Of a DNA stretch of 64,000 nt, positions 52,929 to 64,000 are shown one piece after another. This DNA is from Vicugna vicugna. Lineage: Eukaryota. The notes beneath the pieces are model-generated. The model was given only the letters and a program-made list of their open reading frames with translations, did not search any database and had not been told where the DNA came from. Within the stretch, counting starts at the first letter, position 1. Every line of letters begins with the position of its first letter. The stretch spans positions 2,309,061 to 2,373,060 of the forward strand of contig MU058423.1 in the NCBI GenBank assembly GCA_013265495.1, in the 5' to 3' direction. The position numbers and the translations under genes were made by a program.

Positions 52929-54212
52929 CTGTAAGAGAGAGCAAGCCAGTGGTGGCAGGGTGTCTGCAGCTCAATTGAGCTTGCCTATGAGTGGGGACTA
53001 GAGTTTCTGGATGGATCTGGGTTTGATCCTCCTCCACCTCCCCGCCTCCTCACCCCAACCATACTTGGAAAGACAGAGCCAAGGCTAGGGGAAGACCTGT
53101 GCTTTCCACCTGCCCAGGGGAGGGTTGTAAATCAAGAAGGCTCCTCTCTCTACCTCCCACTCTAAGAAATCTGACAGACGTCAGCTTGTTATAAGGAAGA
53201 ACTATCTAACAGAGGATATAGGACATAATCCTCTGTCCTGGAAGGAACTCAAGTGGAAGCTAGACAAGCGCTGGGGATTCAGGATCTGTAGGGGCTGGGG
53301 CTGGGACTGGGTGCCCCTAAAGCCCTCGCTGGCCCTCAGAGCAGTGCTTCTGTGATTTTAAGCCTCAGAGAATGCTGTGGCTCTCAATCTACCATGGATT
53401 GCTGTGGCAGCTACATGCAGGAAGAAAAGTGTAGGGGTAAGAGAGGCAGCCGGAGGCCCAGCCTACAGGCAGGCCCTAAGCCCAGGGCGCTGAAGCTGGC
53501 TTTCGCCAGTGGTGCCTCACCCTGCCTGGCTGGCCAGAGGGATGGTAAATTCTCTTCTGAGCAGGACAGCAGTCATGACAGCAACCTGATTCTGCCTGGC
53601 TGAACCATGTTTGAAATTGCTGACAACTCTGCTGGCCTGATTAGAGTGAGGCATGGGCTCCTTCGTGGCCAGGGTGAGCAGGACATCCCAGGCCCATGGC
53701 TCGGACAAGAGCCAGGGCAGTGAGGGGTGGAGGGCCAGGAGTTAGGCGGAAGCCTCCCTTCCAAGTCTGGCTGAAGCCCTGGTGCCAGGCTGGCGGCCCA
53801 TCTGGGAGTCCAGGAGCTAGAGGCAACATCTGGGCAGAGGCGGGCAGACTGGGCCGGCTCCACAGAAGAAGCATCCCACCGAGGGAGAGCAGGCCTCACA
53901 AGCCTTCTCAGAGTGCATGACCGACATTCCAGGCACCCACTAACCCCAGCAACCAACTGGAAGCCCACCATGTCCACTGCCTACTGGGGAGTCAGAGAAG
54001 GCTTCAGGATGGGGTGGATGGAGTGGTGGTCAGAGGCCCTGACCTTTAGAAGGCCAATGAGAGGAGCATCCTTTGAGCTGATGGGAGCCACGCACCACGT
54101 CCTGCACAGTCCTATTTCTCTGCCGGTGCCCCTCTCTTTGGCCTTGCTCCCTGGCTCCTGCCTCCGTTTCCCCAATGGAGAGAAGGTAGGGTAGACAGGG
54201 CTGCACACTCAC

Positions 54213-54335
54213 CAGCTGCTGCAGGAACTGCAGGTGTCCATTCCCAATCAAGTGGCTACAGTGCTCCGACACCTCCTCGGTAGTAGTCCTGCTCGCCAGG
54301 AGACAGACCAGCAGCAGCAGAGGGCCCAGCCATGT
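54213..54335 (-). CDS. CSF1: CSF1 exon 2 (rest of signal peptide and mature N-terminus EEVSEHCSHLIGNGHLQFLQQL)
   Basis: cag|ACA acceptor, CTG|gtgag donor, 123 nt; lies within ORF 54030..54464. Confidence 0.97.
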
Positions 54336-57300
54336 CTGTGATAGGGAGGGCATCATTTCTCCCCAGCTCTCATGCTCCCTAGGAACCCCCCTACCCTGCT
54401 GAGGATGCAAAACCAAGGATCTCATCCCTATAATGCTACAGGCTTTCATCCCAGGATGCAGCATTCCCCAAACCCAGCTTCCTCAGGATTTCCTAACAGC
54501 CATGGGCAACTTTGCTCTCCTTGATAACAGCCCAAACACCATCTCCTCAGAGAAGCCTTCCTAGATTAACCCCAAGCCAAGCCTTATTACACACTGACCT
54601 ACAGAGGACATGCGAGGTGTCTAGATGTCAACTACACAGGAAACTCCTTGAGTGCAGGACTTGCATCTACCAATTATTCTGCCCCTGCAACATCACTGAG
54701 CCAGGCAGCTTATGAGCTGCCCACTTTCTCAAGTTTATGTTCTTGCACTGACTGGCCTCTAGACTTGGAGCCAGAGACATTTCCCTGGGCCCAGCCCTTC
54801 CTCCTACCTGATTCCACACAGGTCTGGCTCTGCTACTGGAAAAAACAGGGGACCAAACTCAGTTTCACTGGGAACCTATCCCACACCAGACACCTTTGGA
54901 GCCCTGGGTATATGTGTCATAAAGAGCCTAACCAATTAATCAGAGGCAACGATGCCAGCTCTAGACTGTCCCTGGCTGGCACCTGCCAATCAGAGCCCCA
55001 TTAGGCTCTGCATCCAGCCAGCCAGCTCTTATCATGGCAAGAACATTTTCTGAGATCTCTCCCCTCTTTCAGCCCCCTCCTGGCCCAGCAGCTGTTCACC
55101 CCCAGAGTGATGGGATGAACGCCTGACACCCTGTCATTCCCCTTCCTTCCTCCTTACCAAGGTCCCCTTAGCTCTGTCCCTGGCCCTAGTTCTCCCCTTC
55201 TCCAGCCAGAGGCAGTGAAAGACCCTGGGCTTTCTTCCCCAAGCTGGACATTGACTCCTGGCAGCTGATGCCCCCAGATTCGGGGAAATGCTGTCAGGGT
55301 GGGGTGAGAGCTGGCACCTTCCTGGGTTCTGGGCTCTGGGCTCTGCCTCAGTAACTCAGATGGCAGGACAAATGCTGCAAACAAATAGCACTTTGGAGAC
55401 TAAGAAACAACCCACAAAATGCTGATTTACATATAACTAAAAGCCCAAATGTTTGTCAGCTCTTACCAGGGAGCAGAGGCCCTGGCTGGGCTCCAGGGAG
55501 GTTGCAATGAGGAGGGGCCTCAGTGAGGCCTTGACAGATGGGGAGAAGTTGATGGCAGAAAGAGGGAGGGGGAGGCCTGGAGGAAAGAGGCACATGATGG
55601 TCCAGTGCCATTCAGCACAGGGATCTGGTGAGGGTCCTGGTCTGACCTTGAGGAGGGAGAGTGTGGAAGAGGGAGGACAGTCATGGGGAGACATCAGGCC
55701 CTGTTGGGCAGTTGAGGAGGTAGCCCTGGATGGGAATGGCTGCCCAAGCCCTCAGGAACCTGCAGTTCAGTACCTGTGGGAGGAAACGGCCATGCAGAAG
55801 GTGTGTCCCTGCCCCAGGCTGGCTGCCCCCAAGGCTCTGAGCCCCCAGTGTGAATGGTATGGAGGAAAGGGCCTATGGGGAAGGGGATGCTCAGGAAGAT
55901 AGCCTTGCCACAGGCACTTCAAGATATTAAGTTTGAGGACAGCTAGGAGGGGGCAATGCTTAATCCCAGGGCTGCCTGGCTTTTGGAGCTGTTTCAGGCA
56001 CCGGTGTGGGGAGAGTACAGCCACCATGTGGGAGGCTAGCTTTGAAGGTGGCCAGAGAGGGGCCACCCCTGCACCTGAGGCCCTGATTGGGCCTCAGAGG
56101 AGGATCTGGACAGGCACCCAAGGGTTAACACTCTAGCTCGCATCTGGCTGGGCCAGCTCCTCTTCCCCCCTCCTTTCTTCCTCCCACCCACCAGCCTTGG
56201 CCTCTGGGGCAGCCACAAGGAATCTCTGCTTCAGGCTCAGAGAGATGCTGGGATATCTCAGCCTAGCTGTCCATGCTCACCTGCCTTCCATCCTGTTCCA
56301 TCTTTCCCATCAACAAGTTCCCCAGAGAGACCTTGGCAAGAGTGCACCCTTGGGCTGCCCCTGTCTAAAACTAGCACCACCCTTTTCTTTCCAACTTTAC
56401 TTCCCTCCTCTTTCCTCCTGGTCTCACCTCCAGCCCCTCTTTGTCTTGTTGCCTATTACCTCATCCTTCCCAATTTCTCCTCCTAACCCCATCTCTCTCT
56501 CTCAGGCTTTTCCTCCCCCTAGGATCTGCTCTTCCCTCTCATCCTACATGCAACCCCCTCCCTTATCCTCCAAATAGTTTTCTGCTTTCCCCCCCTCAAG
56601 GTTTCTTTCCCAGGGTTCCTCAGAAGCAAACCCATTGGGAGACCACTTACTGTTTGTTAACAGTGCCACCCTGCACCGTCTGGAGCTGCCAGCTACTGCC
56701 CACGGTTGGGGCAGGGAAGTCCCCATGCAGTCCTGAGCAATCTGCGGCCCCTGTCCACAGTTCTGCAACCCCAAACCCTCTTTCCACCACTTCTACCACC
56801 ACTAAGCTCAGGATCTCCCCAACTGACTGAACCAGATTTGGCAAAATTTAGAGCTGACCCCATACAACTCTGGGACCCCGGCCCCCACAAAACAGACTTG
56901 ACCTAGCCACCCAAGTGCCCAACAGCTTCTGCCTGTGAGATGGAACAAACAGTGGCTTGCCCGGCTCCTTCCTTCTGCCTTGGCATTCTATAAGCTAGAT
57001 GGCCCCTGAACTTTTCCTATCCAGAAGCGCCCACTCCCCAGCAGGACCTGGAAGCATGTGTATGGCCTGCAAGGAATGCCCACTGGGAAGGCACCACCCT
57101 CAGCACAGCCACTCTGCCTGTCCTTTGGCGATGGCCGATCAGAAGGGAGAGAGAGGGAGGCCCCTGCTGACACGAAGCCTTTGCTCATGGCTGCAATCCC
57201 CTTTCTCCTGCTAGCGCGTGGCTCAGTGTGCCCCTCCGTGCAATGGGGTGAGCACCCTTCTCTTTCCCAGGGAAGCGCCGCAGCCCTAGAAGCAGCTACA

Positions 57301-57461
57301 GGGCCGCCTAGTGTCCCAGCCGGAGCGCACGCGGGGCCTCGGGCAGTCCGCGCGCAAAGATGGGAAGGAAAGTGGAGCCCGCGACCGCGCCCGGGCAGTG
57401 GGTTCCGAGGGACCGTGCCGCACAGCCGAGCTCCCGCCCCAGCCCGGACCCGGCTTCTTAC

Positions 57462-57500
57462 CGTGGGAGGGCAGTGCCCGGCGGCGCCCCGCGCGGTCAT
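57462..57500 (-). CDS. CSF1: CSF1 coding exon 1 (MTARGAAGHCPPT)
   Basis: ATG at 57500 within a CpG island; 39 nt; donor ACG|gtaag. Confidence 0.97.
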
Positions 57501-57752
57501 GCGGGCAGCTGGGTCTTGGCCGGGCGCGTCGGCCGCCCTCAATCGCTCGCTCGCTGGCCGCTGCAGAGTCCGCGCCCCGGCCGAGGGCCGCGCTGCCGTC
57601 CCCGGAGTGCGGAGGGACCCGCGGCGGCGCCGAGAGCAGCCAGGCAAACTTTCACTTTCCCCGAGCCGGGCTCCACTGGCCAGCTCCTCGGCACAGCCTT
57701 TTAAGCTTGCGAGGCATGTGGTTTATGGGAAATCACCTTGGACAGGCGCCAG

Positions 57753-57754
<2 letters not shown>

Positions 57755-57787
<33 letters not shown>

Positions 57788-57836
57788 TGCACACACATAC
57801 ACGCGCAGGCGCGCGCACCAACACAGACACACACAC
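57755..57836. repeat. (CA)n microsatellite and alternating purine-pyrimidine tract in the proximal promoter
   Basis: About 14 perfect CA/AC units followed by degenerate CA/CG alternation. Confidence 0.95.
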
Positions 57837-60800
57837 TCCAGAGGCCCAGAACCACCTCCCCGCCCCCACCCCGCGGGCCGGTCTTCCCCGCTTGCTGGTC
57901 GCCCTGTTTGGTGTGCTCAACGCCCGAGCCTTCAAGAAAGTAACGCGGGCTCCACCGCCTCCCGCCCTCCCGCGCTCAGGCTTTGGATAGAGCCTTGCTT
58001 TTCCTTCCGCGCTCTTCAGGCGGATCCGGTGCTCTCTCTCTCTTTCTAATATTCATCTTAAGGGACTTTCCCTTGAGGCCTGAAAATTCCCAAATCTGAG
58101 CAGGAAATGGTCTGAGAGCAGGGGCAAACACTGGAGACTGGGGCCTTCCCCGCTGCGCACGGTGCAGCACCTTGTGGAGCCTGAGTCAGCAGGTTTGCAG
58201 ACAGCCCTCTCCTTCCTATGCAGTCCCCAAGCAGCCTGCCCAGCCTCTCATCTCCCATTCTGGGGGCAGGGTCCAGTCAGGGAGGCTAACTACCTGGCCA
58301 GAAGGGGATGGGTTGTGTCCTGTGTCAGGGAACTGCGAGGCTCTGCTGTGTCTCCTGGTACCTGACCTTCTGGTGGTGTAAATGTTGGCTGGTACCCATG
58401 CTCCTTCTAACCGCCCAGACCTGAGGGAGTTGGCACCTGGGCCCTAAATTTCCCTTGATGCTTTTGAAAGTGCATTTACTGAGATGATTAATCACATTTT
58501 GTCTCTATGTGAGAATGAATCTAAATGAGGGCTAATAAGATGAGACTATTAATTATAACGCCAAATTCAGGAGCTTTCTCTTTTATTCACTTTGCTATGA
58601 TTCAATGTTTCAATCCCTCTGTGAGGCCACCACCCCCAGCCCCCTGGGAAATACATGATGTGCACCCTGGTCTGGAAGGGGCATCTCTTGTCGTTTGCTC
58701 CAGATCCAAGCAGTACTTTTACACCTGCATGCCCTTGCTCAGACTGGTCCCTCTAGGATGCTCCTTTCCCCATTTGTCCTTCAGGCAAACACCTCATCCT
58801 TCAAGGCTGAAATCACACCACATCCTTCACCAACAAAGCCTTTTTCAACTTCCCAAGCAGACCAGTGGTTCCTTTTCCTTTGGTCTCACTGGATTTGGCT
58901 CCTTTATCTGCGGTCTCCCTGCTAAATTGTTTGTAATTCATTCATTCTCCGTGTTATTCTAAAAAGGTTTGACAGTGATATTGATAGTTATATTCTGGAC
59001 CATCAGACTGAAATTTCACCCCCACCCTGGACTGAGACTTCCTCCATGCTGGTCCTGTGTTCACTTACCTCCAGGTCAAAAGTGCCCAGCACATAATAGA
59101 TACCCAGTTAATAGTGATTAAATCAAATGAGGCCATTCATTACAGAACAACTCATTCATTTGACAAATGTGCACTATGTGTCTACTATGTGCCAAGCTCT
59201 GGGCTGGACCTGGGAATGTAATGATGGACATGCTGACTTATTCTTGCTTTCATGGGCTTGAGAGCAGTCAGAGCTAAAGTGTGTGGGGCAGCATTGGATG
59301 CTTAGAACCTTGAGGAATGAAGGCCAGAGACAGAGCCCAGCCAGAGGAAGGAGGTTGAGGGCTTACTTCCCCTGGGCATTGTCAAGTGGTCCAAGTATAA
59401 AAGTGATTTAAGATAACATGTTGACACCATTTGTCTTAGGACTGATAAAAGGTTAAAGGAAGTAATGTGAACAGTTAAACCTCTTGACTTGTTGAGCTGG
59501 GAGTCAAATTTTACCTGCTCCCTTCTTCACTGACCCAACGCTGTCTCTGGCTCACTGAGGCTGATATTAGAACCTAGCTCTGCCTCTGGAAGGCAGCCAT
59601 CCTCTGTCAGCACAAGGCTTGGGTTCTTGTTCCCCCTCCACTGAAATTCTTTACACATCCAGGGTTGAACCCTGACTCTACCACTTACAAGCTATCTGAT
59701 CTTGAAGCTCTGCCCAGTGATTTGTTGTGTGACTTGGGACAAACTCTCTCAGCCTCAGTGTCTTCATCTATAAAATGGAGATGTTAATATGTCTTTCTCA
59801 CCAAAGTATTGGGGATTGAATGGATTGGTGCTTGTGAAGTGTTTAGCACAGGATCTGAAGGTAGTGAATACCATCATCATCATCATCATCATCGTTATTA
59901 TTATTATTACCTTTTGTCCACTCACATGGGTCTTAAGCAATGACACAACAGTAGTGCAGGAAACTTTGGAGTCCCAGTGCCAGACTTTAAGCTCTGCCTG
60001 CGTGGAGCTGCAGAGGGATGAGCAAGGTCATGGATAACTGTTATTCCACAGTAGGATTTGCAGCTGTCTTGTCTCTTTTAACTTAAAAGGAAAGGTTGTA
60101 AATCTGCCTGACCTCAGACAAGCTTTACCACCAGACATGGGGAAATTGAGGCTGGAAGAGCTTATGGTGTGCCTGATGGGGCTCCCCTGGACAGCATCTC
60201 CTGTGCTCTCTCCTACGCTGGACAGATACACCTGTCCCCTACCCCTACTTGTCTGGCTGGGAGACCTTGGGCAGGCAGGTTCTGGCTGGATCTCAGGGCT
60301 GAGTCAACTGGATAGTATCTGTCTGCACGTGGCTCCTTAGCGGTTCACACCCATGCAAGCCTGTGTATGCCCGTCCATGGGCACGAAGTGTTGGAACCAC
60401 AGACCAGACCTAGAAGCTGTTCCATCCATATTGCCTCAAATGAGCAAACAGAGACCCAAACAGACAAAATCAACCTCCTTCGAAATCACACATGATTGTC
60501 TGGGGTGGGGGCCTCTGGAGTGAGGCCTGAAGTGAACCGACTCTGGGCCCCCTGGGCCCTCCCTGGTCAGAGTAGCTGCTGTTCTCCCTGCTGACTGCTG
60601 GCGGAGTCATGTCCTCATGTCTGGAGCTGGGTCCTGGGGGAGGCATGGAAGAATTCGGAACAATCCAAGATTCGGAGTTCAATGATTTCCTAATGTAGCA
60701 TCATCAGGAAGGCATCACTCAGCTGACCCTGGAGGAGGGCAGAAGGGAGTACTGGAGGGATCCTGACTGCCAGGAGAATGAACCAAGGGTGGGAGGAGAG

Positions 60801-60954
60801 AGACTGAAAAGAGAGAAATGGAGATGGATGGCAGGAAGTGGGAGGAAAGCCTCATTTGCTTGTTGTTGAAATGTCATTTGCTTAAAATTATTTGACAGGC
60901 AATTTCCCCTTGAGATCTTTTCTGGGGAGTTGACTTCTATCACAAAGGACTCCT

Positions 60955-61160
60955 TTTTTTCTTTCTCTTTCATTTTCTTCCTTCCTTCCTTCCTCTTTCT
61001 TTCTTTCTTTCTCTCTTTCTTTCTTTCTTTCTTTCTCTCTCTCTCTCTCTTTCTTTCTTCTTGCTTGCTTGCTTGCTTGCTTGCTTTCCCCCTTATTTTT
61101 TTCTCTCTTCATTCCTTTCTCCCTCCCTCCCTCTTCCTCCTCCTCCTCCTTCTTCTCCTT
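60955..61160. repeat. Polypyrimidine compound microsatellite (CTTT/CT/CTTG/CCT)n
   Basis: Seen directly in the sequence. Confidence 0.95.
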
Positions 61161-64000
61161 CACTCCAGCCTCCCCACCCCATCTTTCTTCCACAAAACTG
61201 GCCCAGAGCTCTTTGGGAAGTGGACTGGGAGTAGATCATAGCAGCCTTGGAAGCTTGGGGCTGCAGAAGAAATGCCACTTTCCTGTGCCCATGCTCCTGG
61301 CAAGGTGCTTCAGGAAGAGCCAGAGTGTGCAAAGGCCCTGACTAACCCATCTCCCCTGCTGCCCCACCCAGGTCTTTTGCTCTGCTGGCTGCCCCGGTAG
61401 TCATGTCTTCTCCCTCTTTATGGGGGGGGGGGGAGCAGGGGGAGGGCGCAGCATGAAAGGTGTAAAGCAGCCATAATGGAGGGACCCTTGGACTAGGTTT
61501 CTCATCATTAAATGAGAAGAGTAGCTCCCAGCTACCTGGCTTCCCAGGACTGCTTTGAAGACCTTGTATTTGGTAAGCTACCAAGAGCCAAAATTTGATA
61601 CTTTGCAAAATGACTGACATAGTTGTTGAGACCACTTCTTCCCCTGGCTGGACAACAGCCAGTGTTCCCCTTGTCCCTACAGGTACAGAAACACTTGTGT
61701 TGTCTTCAAGGCCATGCCACCAGAAGTCTTGCTCCTGGAGGGCAGGCATTGCTGGGAGGCTGGCCGTATCAGGGGCTCAGCTCTTTCTTCTGTTCCGAGC
61801 GTCCTGCCACCACCAGGCTGGGCCATCTCCTGGATCCGGACAGGCTATCTCAGGTTGCTCTCATGAACTCCTCAGAACTGATCAATCTAAGCTAGAAATG
61901 ACGACGCAATTTATTCACAGTGAATCTTGGCTTCTCAAGGACCCTCCCTACCCACTAGAGTTACAACTCTTCAGCTGAGGACCCTTCTATAATGAAAGTT
62001 TGTCCTAATCTTCATCGGAAAAAGAGAATCACAAAGAGGATCATGTGTCAGCTGTTGTCTAAGCAACAGACAAGCTCACTTCCTATCTTTGGCCCTGCAT
62101 GACTTCAGAGCAGACGGGGCAGAGAATTACCTGGAAACAGGAAGTGAGAATCTATGCCATCTGTATTCATCTGTTAATGCAATAAGCATTTCTCAGTGTC
62201 TGCTGGACCCTGTTCTCATCCTGGTCAGTTGAATTACATGCCCTCCATGCTCACAGACCACCAGGGGAACAGACACCTCAGTGACCGTCCAACCTGAGGC
62301 AGTGAGTGTGATGATGATGGAGAAATGTACGAAATACCCCAGGAGCCAGAGTGGCTTGGCTCCTGAAGATCACTGGAGGAAGCCGAATCTTGGAGCAGAG
62401 AAGAGCCTGAGGGTTGGAAGAGTTTAAGTCCAGACATGGCTGCAGGACAGACCCTCCTCCCACCTCGTGTGATGTCAGGCTATTCCTTGCCTTGGTTCTC
62501 TATGTTGGTTAGCCTAGTGCCAACTGAGAAGTCCAAGAGGAGGCTTCCTCACATGACAGCCAGGCTGGGTGGGGTGGGGAGGCCCAGAGCAGGGACAAGT
62601 CGGGAGGGAAGTCTTTCCAGGGCTGCCCTATGTGAAGGGAGGAGAGACAAGAGGTGATTCCCACTCCAGTCTGCAGCACTGATCTCTGTGGCTGCCCTAA
62701 GCCCTGAGCCAGGGTCCCAGTCCAGCCCCCGGCCCTCCAGCCAGATGGCAAATCTCTTTTCCCCTGGCTGGTGCTGTGCACTTTTTTCAAGGAGTAGGAA
62801 GAGTCCGAGCAGCCCTCACATGTGAAGTAGTGAAGCATGGTGAGTAAGGGCATCAGCTCTGCGGCCACACTGCTTGGGTTGAAACCCCAGCTCTGCCTCC
62901 TGCTAGCTCTGTGACTCTGAGTAAGTTACTTAACCTTTCTCTGCCTCAGTTTCCTCATCTGTAAAATGGAGATAATAATGACATCTTCCTCATAGGGCTT
63001 CTGTAAGGTCAAGTTATGTATAAAGTGTTTAGAACACTGGCTGCAATACAGTGGGTGCTGTATAAGGGGGAGACCTATCATTATTAAGGAATAGTGAGGC
63101 CACGAGGGCATTGCATCTGTTGCCAATCAGTGCTACTCCAGGCTCAATTCAAAGAGGACTGCAGAGTGGCTGTGCTAATGCCTCCTCAGCACTGCCCTAG
63201 CGAGGGAAGAACGGGGCGGGGGGAGGGTCAGCACACACCACCGAGGCTGCTTCCATCTCAGGAAAGCCCCTCTCCTACCGTGAACATTCCTCTGGATCCT
63301 GTTATGGAGCGAGCCCTGCTCTGGGGGCCAGAAGGGTGCGCGGTTACTGGGGGGCAGGCTTCATCCTGGAGCCAAGAGGGTGCAGGACTGTGCTCCCAGC
63401 TCCGACTTGGACCAGAGCACCGGGAGTTGCTGACAGGAGCAGGAATGCAGTGTTCCTTGGGAGCCTCTTCCCTTCCCCTGACCACAGTTGGCCCACAGAA
63501 CTGCAACTACCAATCGGTCCATTCATTAGAAAACCTCCTGATTGTCGAGCCTGGCACAGCTCCCACCCTCTCCCTTACATTCCAGCCTCCAGACATGGGG
63601 CTGCTGGCCCCCAGAGCAGCCTGGCCATAGATCCTGGAGCGCTCTTCCCTTCCTTTCTCCCAGGAACAGGAGTCTGGGACAGAATCCAGGCGTGGTACTG
63701 TTAGGTAAGAATTCTCTTCCTGGAATTAAATTCCTTCTAAGAGACGGCGGTGCTCACCTCAGTGCTAGAAGCCAGGCAGGGCCAACACTAAATGATCTAG
63801 TCCTCAACATGGTGTACCAGGATTTGGCTGCTCCAAACAGGGACTTTGGGAAACTTGCTGGAACCCTCTGCACCTCAGTTTCTTCATCTGTAAAATGAGG
63901 ATTATAATAATTATGACCTCACATGATTAGTGATAGTATCAAATTCAGAATTTCCTAGAAAACTCTGTCCTCTTGGAAGACTCATGCAGATGTTGGCTAT

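Larger units (their letters stand above)
38490..57675 (-). other. CSF1: CSF1 gene span (colony-stimulating factor 1 / M-CSF); CDS join(57500-57462,54335-54213,52928-52866,51296-51126,47660-47513,46302-45281,44718-44666,44342-44297), 554 aa
   Basis: Exons spliced by hand at GT-AG sites give an open 1665-nt frame, MTARGAAGHCPPTTWLGPLLLL...RQVELPV*. It has a signal peptide, a Cys-containing four-helix cytokine core, a mucin-like spacer, a TM helix and a short tail. Transcript ends are approximate. Confidence 0.98.
57270..58200 (-). promoter_or_regulatory. CSF1 CpG-island promoter
   Basis: High CpG density. Motifs: IRF-type GGAAAGTGAAAGT (~57648-57660), TATA-like TTAAAA (57699-57704), RUNX TGTGGT (57717-57722), GC box (~57858-57865), kB site GGGACTTTCC (58062-58071), AP-1 TGAGTCA (58182-58188). 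Confidence 0.88.

Noticed and set aside
56988..57990. Long ORFs of 210-310 aa on both strands over the CSF1 promoter
   Set aside because: GC-rich CpG-island and CA-repeat artefacts with low-complexity translations; only 57462-57500 is coding
60888..61341. Lys/Glu-rich and Phe/Leu/Ser-rich ORFs
   Set aside because: Translations of the CT microsatellite

Overview
Mammalian genomic DNA, probably camelid given three vic-1-like tRNA-derived SINEs. The window holds one complete protein-coding gene, CSF1 (M-CSF), on the minus strand. It has 8 coding exons (ATG at 57500, TAG at 44299-44297; 1665 nt, 554 aa, all GT-AG introns). There is an internal exon-6 acceptor for a short membrane isoform, and two alternative 3'-UTR exons (starting at 43412 and 40630). 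The CpG-island promoter carries IRF, RUNX, NF-kB and AP-1 motifs. Positions ~400-38400 are repeat-rich intergenic DNA (L1, L2, MIR, MaLR/ERV LTRs, MER DNA transposons). The first ~360 bp are the edge of a second CpG island, probably the AHCYL1 promoter by synteny. I found no evidence for a wholly new multi-gene system, and nearly all ORF-track entries are spurious. The most notable observations are: (1) the short alternative 3' exon of CSF1 appears built from an antisense CR1/L3 LINE, with a candidate L2-derived poly(A) signal; (2) an apparent N-glycosylation site swap in the cytokine core; (3) a TSD-flanked ~330-bp retrocopy of an unidentified mRNA 3' end; (4) a solo ERV LTR with intact promoter motifs; (5) a compound miRNA site cluster in the long 3' UTR. 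Comparisons with human CSF1 and repeat-family names are from memory and need checking by alignment.
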